In this document: positions 47,265 through 57,591 of the stretch, piece by piece
Layout of the letters: every line of letters begins with the position of its first letter
Numbering within the stretch: the first letter of the stretch is position 1
Assembly: GCA_964595865.1 (NCBI GenBank)
Contig: CAZQRL010000005.1
Location: forward strand, 62,433 to 126,432
Source: an uncultured Chthoniobacteraceae bacterium
Lineage (GTDB): Bacteria > Verrucomicrobiota > Verrucomicrobiia > Chthoniobacterales > DYNR01
Length of the DNA stretch: 64,000 nt
Reading direction: 5' to 3'
Notes under the pieces: generated by a model
What the model saw: the letters and a program-made list of their open reading frames with translations, nothing else
What the model was told of the DNA's origin: nothing
Databases searched by the model: none
Made by a program: the position numbers and the translations under genes

Positions 47265-48083
47265 TTAGGCGATCATTCCCTGATAGCCTTGGGGGTCAAA
47301 CTCGACTTCAGCAAAGCCACAATCACGCAGCTGTGGCGAAAGCTCGTGCGCTGCTGCCAGAAGTGCCGGAACTTCCGCGGGCGCAACCAGCACTCGGGCG
47401 ATGGGCCCGGCAGGTCCCAATAAATGTCGCACTCGTATAATCCGAAAACCCCTTTCTTGCAGAAGGGCTTCGGCTCGTTCGACTCGCTGCAGCGCGGGGA
47501 GGGTGACGAGCTGGCCGTGGGGAATGCGGGAACTCAGGCAAGGGGCGGCGGGTCTTTCGGCGCTGGAGAGGGCGAAAGCGTGGGCCAGGGCGCGGATTTC
47601 GCTTTTATGTAAATCGGCAGCTCGCAGGGGAGCGAGTACGGAGAATTCCTGTGCCGCGCGGGATCCGGGGCGGGCGGCGGGGGGATCATCGGCATTTTCT
47701 CCGTAGGCCAAGGAAGCAAAGGCGCGACGTCGGGCCTCTGCTTCCATTTTTTGAAAAAGCTCCGCTTTGCAGAAATAGCAGCGGTCGGGCGGATTGGCCA
47801 CGTAGCGTGGATCAGCGAATTCCTCGGTCGCCAGGACTTCCACTGGCGCGCCGATCTGGCGAGCCTGCGCAAGAGCGGAGGCAAGGTGTGTGCGCGGCAG
47901 GCTGGGACTATCAGCGATGAGCCCGAGAAAGGCCACACCGGATTGCTGTGCCAAGGCCAAGAGGACTGAGCTGTCCACTCCGCCGGAGTAGGCAATGAGC
48001 ACTGGAGCGGACTCGCGCAAAAGCTCTTGCGCAGCCCGGGCCTTCTCTACCAGGGGAGTGGGGAGCGAGGTCGGGAGAGGCAT
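47265..48083 (-). CDS. larE: LarE-family ATP-dependent sulfur transferase
   Basis: AYSGGVDS PP-loop, NPPDRCYFCK, GENADD..RPG, KSEIR, CLSSRIPHG. Confidence 0.9.
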   Translation of the reverse strand: MPLPTSLPTPLVEKARAAQELLRESAPVLIAYSGGVDSSVLLALAQQSGVAFLGLIADSPSLPRTHLASALAQARQIGAPVEVLATEEFADPRYVANPPDRCYFCKAELFQKMEAEARRRAFASLAYGENADDPPAARPGSRAAQEFSVLAPLRAADLHKSEIRALAHAFALSSAERPAAPCLSSRIPHGQLVTLPALQRVERAEALLQERGFRIIRVRHLLGPAGPIARVLVAPAEVPALLAAAHELSPQLRDCGFAEVEFDPQGYQGMIA

Positions 48084-48905
48084 TTAGTCCACAATGGCCA
48101 AACGCTGCAGCAAGTCTGCAGGCTCCATGCAGAGCCCAATAAAAAAGTCGCCAAACTCCGCATACTGCGCGCTCACAGGGTCGAAGCGCATTTCATAAAC
48201 GATGGCTTTGATATCACTCGTGTTGTGGGCCAGCAGCGTCACGCCCCACTCCATTTCATCCAGGCCAGTGGAGCCGGTGATCAGTTGCAGGATACGCCCT
48301 GCATAGGTGCGTCCCACTCGAGCGTGGCCTTTCATCAACTCGCGCCGTTCCGTGAAGTCCAAAGCATACCAATTTTGCCCGACGGCGCGGCGTTTGGACA
48401 TGGGGTAAAAGCACAGCACGGGCCAGGGTGGCAGATTGGGATAAAGACGGTCCTGGGTGTATTTGGCCATGCGCCGACGAAACTCCTCCATTTTTGTGGT
48501 GTATTCCGGGGAGTCCGGGGTCAGACCTTCCTCATGGACCAAGGTCGCGGCGTATTCTTCCTCGGAGGTGGTGTATTCGCTGCGCTCGGTCATGGAGAGG
48601 TAGCTGTAGGTAGGGTCGAGAACTCCCGGGCCGAAGGATTTTTCGAGAGCTTTGTGCAACCGGTCCAGCTCCTGCAAATCGGGGGTCATGAGCAGCCAGC
48701 CAAGATCGGCTTTGGGGCCAACGACGCTGAAGAGGATGAGCTGGGTATTAGGCCTTTGGCGGATGTTTTGCGCGAGCGAGAGAAAATCTGCGGCGTCGCC
48801 CGATTCCGCCCAAGCCAAGCGATCGAGGCGGTAAAAGGCATGGAGAACGTGGCGGCCCTCGGTGGGGAGGACCGGGGCGGGTGCGGTATCGGCGGAGCTT
48901 GGCAT
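48084..48905 (-). CDS. chdC: Coproheme decarboxylase / chlorite dismutase family heme protein
   Basis: YSYLSMTERSEY, RLYPNLP, FYPMSKRR..NWY, ELMKGHARVGR, GSTGLDEMEWGV, YEMRFD..SA.YAEFG. Confidence 0.85.
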   Translation of the reverse strand: MPSSADTAPAPVLPTEGRHVLHAFYRLDRLAWAESGDAADFLSLAQNIRQRPNTQLILFSVVGPKADLGWLLMTPDLQELDRLHKALEKSFGPGVLDPTYSYLSMTERSEYTTSEEEYAATLVHEEGLTPDSPEYTTKMEEFRRRMAKYTQDRLYPNLPPWPVLCFYPMSKRRAVGQNWYALDFTERRELMKGHARVGRTYAGRILQLITGSTGLDEMEWGVTLLAHNTSDIKAIVYEMRFDPVSAQYAEFGDFFIGLCMEPADLLQRLAIVD

Positions 48906-49036
48906 GGGATCTGCGGTGGCTAATTGACTCGAGAGGTTGACGACTGGAGATGGCACGCAAAAAACCGTTGCAATCGCAAGGTCGGGCAATACTCTAACAA
49001 CTTCGATTCAGCAATCAAACAGCTCATTTCAGGATT

Positions 49037-49267
49037 ATGGCAGACGTAGCGAACAAATACCCTGACAACGTGGCCGGCGCCTTTTACGTGGACGATCAGT
49101 GCATTGACTGCGACTTGTGCCGGGAAACCGCCCCCGCCAATTTCACCCGCAACGACGACGGAGGTCACTCCTACGTTTACAAGCAGCCGGAGACTCCGGA
49201 GGAAGAAGCCCTTTGCAAAGAGGCCATGGAGGGGTGTCCGGTCGAAGCTATCGGCAACGACGGTTAA
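49037..49267 (+). CDS. Ferredoxin (single 4Fe-4S type)
   Basis: CIDCDLC...GCPVEAIG; acidic, 76 aa. Confidence 0.92.
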   Translation: MADVANKYPDNVAGAFYVDDQCIDCDLCRETAPANFTRNDDGGHSYVYKQPETPEEEALCKEAMEGCPVEAIGNDG

Positions 49268-49312
49268 GAAAAGCCTCGCTGTTTTCTCGCCAGCCACGCG
49301 CCAATCGCCCCG

Positions 49313-49669
49313 ATGAATCCCCACCTGCGGGCGGCCTTGCTGGCGGAGTGGCGCGGATTACCCGAGCCGCCTCCGCAGCCGGACAAACTTGCCGAAGTTT
49401 CCGCGGTGTTGCGGAAAGTGCTCGATGGTCTGGGGCTGGGAGAACGTCTGGAAGAGAGCCGGATTCAAGCTGCCTGGCAGGAGCTGGTCGGGGAGTTTAT
49501 TGCTTCGCACGCGGCTCCGGTCGGTTTGCTGGATGGTTGTCTGACGATTCGGGTCTCGCACCCCATTGTGCGCTATGAGCTAGAGACAGCCTGGAAGAAA
49601 AAAATTCTCTCGCATTTGCGGAAGGCCTTTCCGCAAGCCCGGATCAACGAGCTCCGGTTCCAAACATGA
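49313..49669 (+). CDS. DUF721/DciA-family protein
   Basis: AWQELVGEFIASHAAP..L.DG.LTIRVSHP...IL..L. Confidence 0.75.
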   Translation: MNPHLRAALLAEWRGLPEPPPQPDKLAEVSAVLRKVLDGLGLGERLEESRIQAAWQELVGEFIASHAAPVGLLDGCLTIRVSHPIVRYELETAWKKKILSHLRKAFPQARINELRFQT

Positions 49670-50283
49670 TCCGCAATATCCTTTTTGATTGGTCCGGGAC
49701 GTTGGCTGATGATCTTGGGCCCGTCTGGCGTGCAACCAATCTCATTTTTCAAGAATACGGCCGAGCTCCGCTGACCCTGGAAGATTTCCGGCGGCACTTT
49801 CGTCTGCCGTTTTCTGGCTTTTATGCGGAGTTCCTTCCCGAAGCCACAGCAGAGGGCCTGGAGGCACTCTACGAACGGTTTTTCCGCGGGCTGAATGACG
49901 AGGTGCAGCTGCTTCCCGGAGCGCGCAAGCTTTTGGAATTCTGCCGGGAGCGCGGGCGGCGAATTTTTTTGCTGAGCACGATCAAAGCCTCCCACTTTGA
50001 GCTGCAGGCCACGCGGCTTGGGGTGCGGGAGGTCTTTGAGGAAGCCTACGTGCAGATCAACGACAAGCGGGAAGTGATTCGGCGGATCTTGGAGGAGAAG
50101 CAGCTCGATCCGGCGGAGACAGCTTTCGTGGGCGACATGGTGCACGATGTGGAGACGGCGCGATTTGGCGGAGTGCTCTCGATTGCGGTGCTCACGGGGT
50201 TCGATTCCCTGGAAAAACTTGCTCCGGCACGCCCGGATGTGGTGGTGCGAGATTTGCCGACGTTGTTGCGGTTGCTAGCATGA
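49666..50283 (+). CDS. HAD-superfamily (IA) phosphatase
   Basis: FDWSGTL motif I, LLS motif II, K, FVGDMVHD motif IV. Confidence 0.88.
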   Translation: MIRNILFDWSGTLADDLGPVWRATNLIFQEYGRAPLTLEDFRRHFRLPFSGFYAEFLPEATAEGLEALYERFFRGLNDEVQLLPGARKLLEFCRERGRRIFLLSTIKASHFELQATRLGVREVFEEAYVQINDKREVIRRILEEKQLDPAETAFVGDMVHDVETARFGGVLSIAVLTGFDSLEKLAPARPDVVVRDLPTLLRLLA

Positions 50284-50645
50284 AGAGTGGGCGATCCTTA
50301 ATTCAATTGGACTCGCTGGTGGTCAGCAGTTACGTGGGTGTGCCGGAGGAAGAACGCGCCAATCCGCAGCAGCTCTGGCTCGATGTGGAGTTGGAGCTGG
50401 GGTGCGAGTTTGCCCAGATGCACGATATGATTAGCCAGACGGTGGACTACGCGGAGCTGGCGCGGGAGTTGGCCGATTTGGCGGCGATTCGTCCGCGGCA
50501 CCTGATTGAAACTTTGGCGGCGGATTGTGTGGGTCATCTCTTAGGCTACCCGCTGGTTCGACGCGCTCGGGTGCGGGTGCGGAAAAAAATTCTCCCCGAA
50601 ACCGACTTTGTCGCTGTGGTTTGCGAGCAGACCAAGTTGGGGTAG
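50280..50645 (+). CDS. folB: Dihydroneopterin aldolase
   Basis: GVPEEERANPQ.L.LDV, TVDY, LIETLA, VRVRK. Confidence 0.88.
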   Translation: MKSGRSLIQLDSLVVSSYVGVPEEERANPQQLWLDVELELGCEFAQMHDMISQTVDYAELARELADLAAIRPRHLIETLAADCVGHLLGYPLVRRARVRVRKKILPETDFVAVVCEQTKLG

Positions 50646-50692
50646 TTTTTTTCTGCTTGGCGCATGGGCTGCCTGCGCTTGGATGTTTGAGC

Positions 50693-51475
50693 ATGGCCCT
50701 AAAACTGCTCAGCACGGATTTTGACGGCACCCTGGTCGGCTTCCCGGCGAGGCTGGCCTGCCCGGCTCCGCTGGCGGATGCCTTGGTGGCCGCGCGTGCT
50801 GCTGGAGCGGTGTGGGTGGTCAATACCGGGCGCAGCCTGTGGCATTTGCAGGAGGGCTTGGAGGAATTTGCCGCTCCGCACGCTCCGGATTTTGCTATCG
50901 TCAATGAACGGCATTTGTATGAGCTCCGCGATGGCAAGTGGGTGAGCCGCGAACCTTGGAACCAGCAATGCGATGTGGCGCATGAGCGCTTGGGGCGCCT
51001 CTCCGCTCCAGCTCTGCGGCAGATTCTTTACCATGCGGCGCGGCAGCTCTCTTTCGAGATTCTGGAACAGCACGGCTACCCGGCCGGAGTGGTCACCAAG
51101 GATGAGGCCACGATGGATGAACTCGTGCGGCACTTGCATCCTCTGGCGGAAGAACACCCGGACTTCGACTTTCAACGCAACGCGATCTACTTGCGCTTTA
51201 GCCACCGCAGCTACACCAAAGGCACGGCTTTGGCCGAGCTGGCCCGGCATTTGCAGGCCCCGCGAGAGGATATTCTCGCCGTGGGCGATAATCACAATGA
51301 TCTCTCAATGTTGGACGGCAAGCACGCCGGAATGGTGGCTTGCCCGGCGAATGCGGTGCAGGAGGTGCAGCAGGCGGTGCGTGCAGCGGAGGGGTGGGTG
51401 AGTCCTCACCCGGATGCCTTGGGAACCGCCGAGGCGATTTTTTATTTTCTCGCGCCACAAGGCCGGAAAATCTAG
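50693..51475 (+). CDS. HAD-superfamily IIB hydrolase (SPP/Cof-like)
   Basis: STDFDGTL, NTGR, YTKGTAL, VGDNHNDLSML, PANA. Confidence 0.88.
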   Translation: MALKLLSTDFDGTLVGFPARLACPAPLADALVAARAAGAVWVVNTGRSLWHLQEGLEEFAAPHAPDFAIVNERHLYELRDGKWVSREPWNQQCDVAHERLGRLSAPALRQILYHAARQLSFEILEQHGYPAGVVTKDEATMDELVRHLHPLAEEHPDFDFQRNAIYLRFSHRSYTKGTALAELARHLQAPREDILAVGDNHNDLSMLDGKHAGMVACPANAVQEVQQAVRAAEGWVSPHPDALGTAEAIFYFLAPQGRKI

Positions 51476-51488
51476 CCTTCACGACACT

Positions 51489-52520
51489 ATGATTATTGTT
51501 CTGCGGGCTCACGCCACACCGGCGCAAATCGAGGAGGTGCTGCGCGAAGTAACGACTCTCGGCTACACGCCGACCCCGATTCATGGGGTCAACCAAACCG
51601 TGATTGCCGCCATCGGCGATGAGACGACGCATGCTAACCTGGAGTCTTTGGATGTGCTACCGCAAGTCGAGCGGGTGCTGCGGGTGCAGAAGCGCTACAA
51701 GCTGGTGAGCCGGGAGTCGCATCCCCAAGACACGGTGGTGGATGTGGCTGGGATTCCCGTCGGTGGCCAGCAGTTCACCCTCATGGCAGGTCCTTGCTCA
51801 GTGGAAAGTGAGACCCAGCTCCTGCAAACGGCGCAGGCCGTGCGGGCTGCGGGGGCGACGATACTGCGGGGCGGAGCCTACAAGCCGCGCACTTCTCCCT
51901 ATGAGTTCCAGGGGCTGGGCACGGAGGGTTTGCGCCTGTTGGCCAAGGCCCGGGAAGAGACCGGCCTGCGGATTGTCACCGAGGTGCTGAGCGAGAACGA
52001 TGTCGAGCGTGTGGCCGAGGTGGCGGACATTCTGCAGATCGGGGCGCGCAACGCGCAAAATTTCCAGCTCCTCATCGCCTGTGCGCGCAGCGGCAAACCG
52101 GTCCTGCTCAAACGGGGGATGAGTGAGCGCATTGAAGAGTGGCTGCTCGCGGCGGAGTATCTGCTCGCCCATGGCAATCCGCACGTCATGCTTTGCGAGC
52201 GGGGAATCCGCACCTTCGAGACCTACACCCGGAATACGCTCGACTTGGCCGCAGTGGCCATTGCCAAGAAAGAGAGCCATCTGCCTGTGATCGTGGATCC
52301 GAGTCAGGGTTGTGGTCGGGCGGATTTGGTCGTGGCCCTTTGCTGCGGTGCGGTTGCCATGGGGGCGGATGGTTTGATTGTCGAGGTGCATCCGAATCCC
52401 GCCGAGGCCATGAGCGATGGCCAGCAGCAGGTGGATTTTGCCGGGTTTGCCGCCTTGGTTGAAAAGCTCGGACCTTTCCTGCAGGCGGTCGGTAAAAGGG
52501 CGCATCCGCCTCTGCGGTGA
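51489..52520 (+). CDS. aroF: DAHP synthase type I-beta with N-terminal regulatory domain
   Basis: AGPCSVES, RGGAYKPRTSPY, QIGARN, LKRG, CERGIRTFE, EVHPNP..A.SDG. Confidence 0.95.
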   Translation: MIIVLRAHATPAQIEEVLREVTTLGYTPTPIHGVNQTVIAAIGDETTHANLESLDVLPQVERVLRVQKRYKLVSRESHPQDTVVDVAGIPVGGQQFTLMAGPCSVESETQLLQTAQAVRAAGATILRGGAYKPRTSPYEFQGLGTEGLRLLAKAREETGLRIVTEVLSENDVERVAEVADILQIGARNAQNFQLLIACARSGKPVLLKRGMSERIEEWLLAAEYLLAHGNPHVMLCERGIRTFETYTRNTLDLAAVAIAKKESHLPVIVDPSQGCGRADLVVALCCGAVAMGADGLIVEVHPNPAEAMSDGQQQVDFAGFAALVEKLGPFLQAVGKRAHPPLR

Positions 52521-52588
52521 GGCCCGCGCAGAGCTGAGCACGCCCTTGCTTTTCTGGACTGACTACTCCATAAGCGGGCCTCAAACTT

Positions 52589-53917
52589 ATGGCAGGTATC
52601 CTTGATCCGGCGGACCTCGTGGTGCACAACCTCGGGCCGCGCACTTTTGATTCTCCGCTCGACCGGGCTCTGGGCCCCGGGCACATTGATCACGCTTTTT
52701 ACAGCGACGACCACCGCGTGCTGGTGCGGCATTTTTTACCGGAAATCCGGCAGATGATGGAATACGGGGAGGAGTTCCCCTGTTTCGAAGTGGCGGGGCC
52801 GCGGAAGAAACTTTTTTTCAACCCGGCGAAAACCAACTGTGCGATTGTCACCTGCGGGGGGCTTTGCCCGGGGTTGAATGATGTGATTCGGGGTATCGTC
52901 ATGCAGGCGCACCATCGCTACGAGGTGCGCAAAGTCTATGGAATGCCGTATGGGTTTGAGGGGTTGGTGCCGGAATACGGGCATCGTCCGATCGAGCTCA
53001 CGCCGGATGCAGTGCAATCCATCCACCAATTCGGGGGAACCTTTCTGGGGACTTCGCGTGGCCCGCAGGATGTGGAGCGCATGGTGGATTACCTGGCCGA
53101 GTTGGACGTGCGGGTGTTGTTCGTCATTGGCGGGGATGGGAGTCAACGCGGGGCGATGGCCATTGACCAGGAGGCTCGCCGCCGCGGCTACACCCTGTCT
53201 GTAGTCGGGGTGCCGAAGACGATTGATAACGACATGATTTACATGGACAAGAGCTTCGGCTACGAGACAGCAGTCGCGGCAGCCGTGGTGGCCGTGCATG
53301 CCGCCCACGTCGAAGCCCGCAGCGCCCGTAACGGTATCGGGCTGGTCAAGCTGATGGGGAGGCACTCCGGCTTCATCACCTGTGCGGCGGCGATCGCCAG
53401 CGGGGAGGTAAATTGTGCGCTCATTCCTGAGCTGCCCTTTGCGCTGGAGGGCGACCACGGCTTCCTTGAGCAGATGCGCCAGCGGGTTTTGGAGCGGGGC
53501 CATGCGGTTATTCTGGTGGCCGAGGGAGCTGGCCAAGAGCATCTTGGCTACGTGGCGGGGACGGATGCATCGGGCAATGCCAAATTGGGCGACATCGGGC
53601 CCTTTCTGCGCGATCGCCTGGTGGAGCACTTCCATCGCTGCGGCACGGAGTTGACTTTGAAATACATTGACCCCAGCTATCTCATTCGCAGCGTTCCCGC
53701 CTCGCCGCAGGATCGGGTTTATTGTCAACGCCTGGCGCAGGCGGCCGTGCATGCCGCCATGGCGGGCAAGACGGGCATTCTCGTGGCTCGGTGGCACAGT
53801 GTCTATGTGCATGTGCCAATGAAGATCGCCACCTCGGCGCGACGGCATGTGGACCCGCGCAAAGACATCTGGCTTTCGGTCTTGGAAGCCACCGGGCAGC
53901 CGGCGCGGTTTTTTTAG
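52589..53917 (+). CDS. pfkA: ATP-dependent 6-phosphofructokinase (group X-type)
   Basis: TCGGLCPGLN, LGTSRG, GGDG (Gly indicates ATP type), PKTIDND, MGRHSG, KYIDPSY. Confidence 0.92.
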   Translation: MAGILDPADLVVHNLGPRTFDSPLDRALGPGHIDHAFYSDDHRVLVRHFLPEIRQMMEYGEEFPCFEVAGPRKKLFFNPAKTNCAIVTCGGLCPGLNDVIRGIVMQAHHRYEVRKVYGMPYGFEGLVPEYGHRPIELTPDAVQSIHQFGGTFLGTSRGPQDVERMVDYLAELDVRVLFVIGGDGSQRGAMAIDQEARRRGYTLSVVGVPKTIDNDMIYMDKSFGYETAVAAAVVAVHAAHVEARSARNGIGLVKLMGRHSGFITCAAAIASGEVNCALIPELPFALEGDHGFLEQMRQRVLERGHAVILVAEGAGQEHLGYVAGTDASGNAKLGDIGPFLRDRLVEHFHRCGTELTLKYIDPSYLIRSVPASPQDRVYCQRLAQAAVHAAMAGKTGILVARWHSVYVHVPMKIATSARRHVDPRKDIWLSVLEATGQPARFF

Positions 53918-53923
53918 AGGGGG

Positions 53924-54592
53924 ATGAGTGGGCCTTTGGTCGTGATTACTTGTGGCCCGGCGGCGGAGCCGATTGATGCGGTGCGGCGGATCACGAATTT
54001 TTCCACGGGTGCTCTGGGCACGGCCATGGCGGAAGTTTTAGCTGGGCAAGGTTGGGAGGTGCTCTGCTTGCGCAGCCAAGGGGCTTCGGCACCGCCTCCG
54101 ATAAACGGAGTAGTGCGGCCCTGGGTGACGAATGCGGACCTGTGGGAAGAGTTGCGCAGCCTTCCAGAAGAGCCGGCGGTGGTTTTACACGCGGCAGCGC
54201 TGGCGGATTTTACCGTGCGGGAAGTGCAGCAAGGCGGGCGGGTATTGGGGGCGACGCCCGCCAAGCTGGAGAGCCGGGGAGGGGATCTCCTCCTCACCCT
54301 GGCACCGGCGCCAAAATTGATTGCCAAGCTGCGAGAGTTGTTTCCGCGCAGTCGTCTCGTCGGTTGGAAGTATGAGGCGGATACGGAGGAGGGTGCAGCC
54401 GAGCGGGCGGCTTTGCGGGCCCGACAGCAGCTCGTCGAAGCCCGGTTGGATGCCACTGTCCTCAACGGCCCGAGTCTGGGTTGTCGGCTGGAATGGTGGA
54501 CGCAGCAGTCGGGAAGGCGTATTTTTGCCAATCGGGAAGAATTTGTCTCGCAACTCCCGGGCCTTTTGCGGTTCGATAATCTTGGCCAATGA
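53924..54592 (+). CDS. coaB: Stand-alone CoaB-like phosphopantothenate-cysteine ligase domain
   Basis: ITCGP..EPIDAVRRITNFSTG.LG, HAAALADF, PKLI, LVGWKYE. Confidence 0.75.
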   Translation: MSGPLVVITCGPAAEPIDAVRRITNFSTGALGTAMAEVLAGQGWEVLCLRSQGASAPPPINGVVRPWVTNADLWEELRSLPEEPAVVLHAAALADFTVREVQQGGRVLGATPAKLESRGGDLLLTLAPAPKLIAKLRELFPRSRLVGWKYEADTEEGAAERAALRARQQLVEARLDATVLNGPSLGCRLEWWTQQSGRRIFANREEFVSQLPGLLRFDNLGQ

Positions 54593-56193
54593 GTCATCAC
54601 ATTCCAGTCGCCATCGTCGGTGGGGGGCCTTGTGGGATGCTCACGGCCCTGCTGCTCGCCCGGCATGGTGTTGCAAGCGAACTTTTCGAGGCCAAGACCG
54701 GGATTTCCACCCATCCCAAAGCTATGGGAATCACCCGCCGCACTGGGGAAATCTTTCGACAACTCGGGCTGTGGGATGAGCTTGCGGCCCGGTCTTTGCC
54801 CTTGGAAGGAAGAGACTTGATTCATTGGTCCAAAGGCTTGGTAGGTGAATCGCTCGGAGCGGTGCCGCTACCTCCGCTGCATTGTGAACATTCTCCTTGC
54901 CCGCCGCTGCATTGTCCGCAGACGCTGCAAGAGGAAGTGCTTTTGGCGGCCTTACGGAAAGAGCCTCTCGTGACCTGCCACTTCGGGCAAAAAATCACTC
55001 AAGTCCGGGTGGGCGACCAAGGTGGCGAGTTGGTGACACCGCAAGGCGAGACGGTGACTTTCGATTGGTTAGTAGTGGCCGATGGAGCAGGCAGTGGGAT
55101 CCGGCGGCAGCTGGGCATCCCGGCCCATGGCCCCGGAGACATGGGGCATTTTCTCAATCTGCATTTCCGGGCTGCTTACGGTGAGAGGCTCCGGGATCGT
55201 CGGGCGATTTTGTATCACTGCGTCTGGCCGGAGCACTTTGAGGCCTTCGTGGCCATCAATGGAGAAGACCTCTGGCTCATGCACCACTTCCTTGATGCCG
55301 CAAGCCGCGAGCACAATCCCTCACGCGAGGAGCTCACGACTTTGATCCGGGAAGCCTCGGGTATGCCGGAGGTTCCGGTGGAGTTGCTCTCGGTGCATTC
55401 CTGGGTGATGAGCCCGAAACTAGCCCAGAGTTTTCGCCACGGGCGGGCCTTGCTGGTGGGGGATGCGGCGGCGCGTCTTTCCCCAGCGGGAGGACTGGGG
55501 TTGAATACGGGGCTGCAGAGCGCGCACAACCTGGCCTGGAAGCTCGCCTGGGTCGTCCTGGGACGCGCTGGGGAAGGGCTCCTGGATTCCTACGATCGCG
55601 AGCGGCGCACCCAGAGTGGACACGTAATGCGGCACACCAATCAGAATGCCGGAGAGATTTTTGCCGTCATGGCGGAAGCGTCTCGGGAGCATTGGGAGGC
55701 AGTGCGCAGTTTGGTGCAACATAGCCGTCGTGGAGGTGAGGGCTTGGGTTTGGATTTTGGTTGGAACTACCTCGAGGAAACTACCAGTGCCGCTGGCGAA
55801 AGGGATTGGAATTTCGTCAATGACTACCGCCCGTTTGCCCATCCGGGACATCGCGCTCCGCATGTGCCGTTGCGCCCGGAAGGCTCTGCGGGACGCACCA
55901 GTCTGCTCGACTTTTTTGGTTGGGAATTTGTTCTGCTGACAACCGCGCAGGGATGTTCGTGGAAGGAGGCGGCGGATGGGGTGCGGGTCCTTTCGGAGGG
56001 CGAGGATTTTTGCAGTGCTTCGGCTTCTATGGACGGGCGGAGTGATTTTGCCAGACTTTATGATTTGCCTCCCGAGGGCGCGGTCTTGGTGCGACCGGAT
56101 GGGACGGTGGCGACCCGCTTTGCTGGAGTGCCCGAAAACCCGTGTGCCATCATCACAGATGCTCTGCACGTTGCTCTTCTGGGGAGATTATGA
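54589..56193 (+). CDS. FAD-dependent aromatic monooxygenase (PheA/TfdB-like)
   Basis: [51 protein letters not shown]. Confidence 0.9.
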   Translation: MSHHIPVAIVGGGPCGMLTALLLARHGVASELFEAKTGISTHPKAMGITRRTGEIFRQLGLWDELAARSLPLEGRDLIHWSKGLVGESLGAVPLPPLHCEHSPCPPLHCPQTLQEEVLLAALRKEPLVTCHFGQKITQVRVGDQGGELVTPQGETVTFDWLVVADGAGSGIRRQLGIPAHGPGDMGHFLNLHFRAAYGERLRDRRAILYHCVWPEHFEAFVAINGEDLWLMHHFLDAASREHNPSREELTTLIREASGMPEVPVELLSVHSWVMSPKLAQSFRHGRALLVGDAAARLSPAGGLGLNTGLQSAHNLAWKLAWVVLGRAGEGLLDSYDRERRTQSGHVMRHTNQNAGEIFAVMAEASREHWEAVRSLVQHSRRGGEGLGLDFGWNYLEETTSAAGERDWNFVNDYRPFAHPGHRAPHVPLRPEGSAGRTSLLDFFGWEFVLLTTAQGCSWKEAADGVRVLSEGEDFCSASASMDGRSDFARLYDLPPEGAVLVRPDGTVATRFAGVPENPCAIITDALHVALLGRL

Positions 56194-57590
56194 AATTCGA
56201 CTCGGCTGACTCTGCCGATAGAGGGGAGAATACCGAGGAGATATTCAGCTCGGGAGTGCTGCGCCGCCCGCTTCCGAGGAAACATTTTCCTCTGCACGAA
56301 GTCCCAGCCCGGGAGGCCTATCAGTTGGTGCATGATGAGCTGCTGCTGGATGGCAACTCGCGGCAAAATCTGGCGACTTTTTGCCAGACTTGGGAAGAGC
56401 CAGAAGTGCACCAGCTCATGGAGGATTGTTTGGATAAAAACCTGGTGGACAAGGATGAGTATCCCCAGACGGCTGAACTGGAGGCTCGGTGTGTGCGGTT
56501 GCTGGCCGATCTGTGGCATGCTCCGGACGTTTTCGGGGTTATGGGGTGCTCCACCACCGGCTCCAGTGAGGCGGCCATGTTGGGAGGGATGGCTATGAAA
56601 TGGCGGTGGCGGGCCCGGCGACAAGCGGAGGGAAAAGACGCCTCCCGGCCGAATCTGGTCTGCGGTCCGGTGCAGGTTTGTTGGCATAAGTTTGCCCGGT
56701 ATTGGGACGTGGAGCTGCGGGAAATCCCGGTCGAGCCAGGCTCTTGGGGGCTGACTCCCGAAGAGGCTGTGGCCCGTTGCGATGAAAACACCATCGGCGT
56801 GGTGCCCACCTTGGGGGTCACTTTTACTGGACACTATGAACCGGTCGCCGGGCTCAGCCAGGCGCTGGACGATTTGCAGCAGAAAACGGGCTGGGATATC
56901 CCCATCCATGTGGATGCAGCCAGCGGAGGATTCACCGCTTCGTTTTGCGCGCCGGACCTGCTGTGGGACTTCCAGTTGCCGCGAGTAAAGTCCATCAATG
57001 CCTCGGGCCATAAATTTGGTCTGGCTCCGCTGGGGGTTGGCTGGGTGCTCTGGCGAGAGCAAAAGGACTTGCCGGAAGACTTGGTTTTCCGGGTGAACTA
57101 TCTCGGTGGCGACATGCCGACCTTCGCCTTGAACTTCTCCCGCCCTGGAGGCCAGGTGGTGGTGCAATATTACAACTTTGTGCGCTTGGGGCGCGAGGGC
57201 TTTCGCAAAGTGCATGCGGCGTGTTATGAGACCGCGCGTTATTTTGCGCAGCGGATTCAAGAGCTGGGGCCATTTGAGGTCATCTATGGCGGAGTGGCAG
57301 CGGAGGGAATTCCTTGTGTGAGCTGGAAGCTCCGCGATGGAGCCGAGGTGCCGTTCTCGCTTTATGATTTGGCGGATCGGTTGCGGGTGCGTGGGTGGCA
57401 AGTGCCGGCGTATTCGCTGCCACGGAATTGCCAGGAGATCGTGGTGCAGCGGATCCTGGTGCGGCACGGGGTGAGTCGGGATTTGGTCGAGTTGCTCTTG
57501 GAGGATTTTCAACGGGGCCTGCGGCACTTCGATCAACATCCGGTGACCACTCCGCTGCAAGCTCATGAAGCCAGCGGCTACCATCACTGA
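56190..57590 (+). CDS. gadB: Glutamate decarboxylase
   Basis: [51 protein letters not shown] (PLP Lys), LNFSRPG. Confidence 0.96.
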   Translation: MKFDSADSADRGENTEEIFSSGVLRRPLPRKHFPLHEVPAREAYQLVHDELLLDGNSRQNLATFCQTWEEPEVHQLMEDCLDKNLVDKDEYPQTAELEARCVRLLADLWHAPDVFGVMGCSTTGSSEAAMLGGMAMKWRWRARRQAEGKDASRPNLVCGPVQVCWHKFARYWDVELREIPVEPGSWGLTPEEAVARCDENTIGVVPTLGVTFTGHYEPVAGLSQALDDLQQKTGWDIPIHVDAASGGFTASFCAPDLLWDFQLPRVKSINASGHKFGLAPLGVGWVLWREQKDLPEDLVFRVNYLGGDMPTFALNFSRPGGQVVVQYYNFVRLGREGFRKVHAACYETARYFAQRIQELGPFEVIYGGVAAEGIPCVSWKLRDGAEVPFSLYDLADRLRVRGWQVPAYSLPRNCQEIVVQRILVRHGVSRDLVELLLEDFQRGLRHFDQHPVTTPLQAHEASGYHH

Positions 57591-57591
57591 G

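Noticed and set aside
48950-48975. Sigma54 promoter upstream of the ferredoxin (TGGCACG...TTGC)
   Set aside because: Spacing between GG and GC is too long for -24/-12; a sigma70-like TTGCAA-N16-TACTCT explains the region
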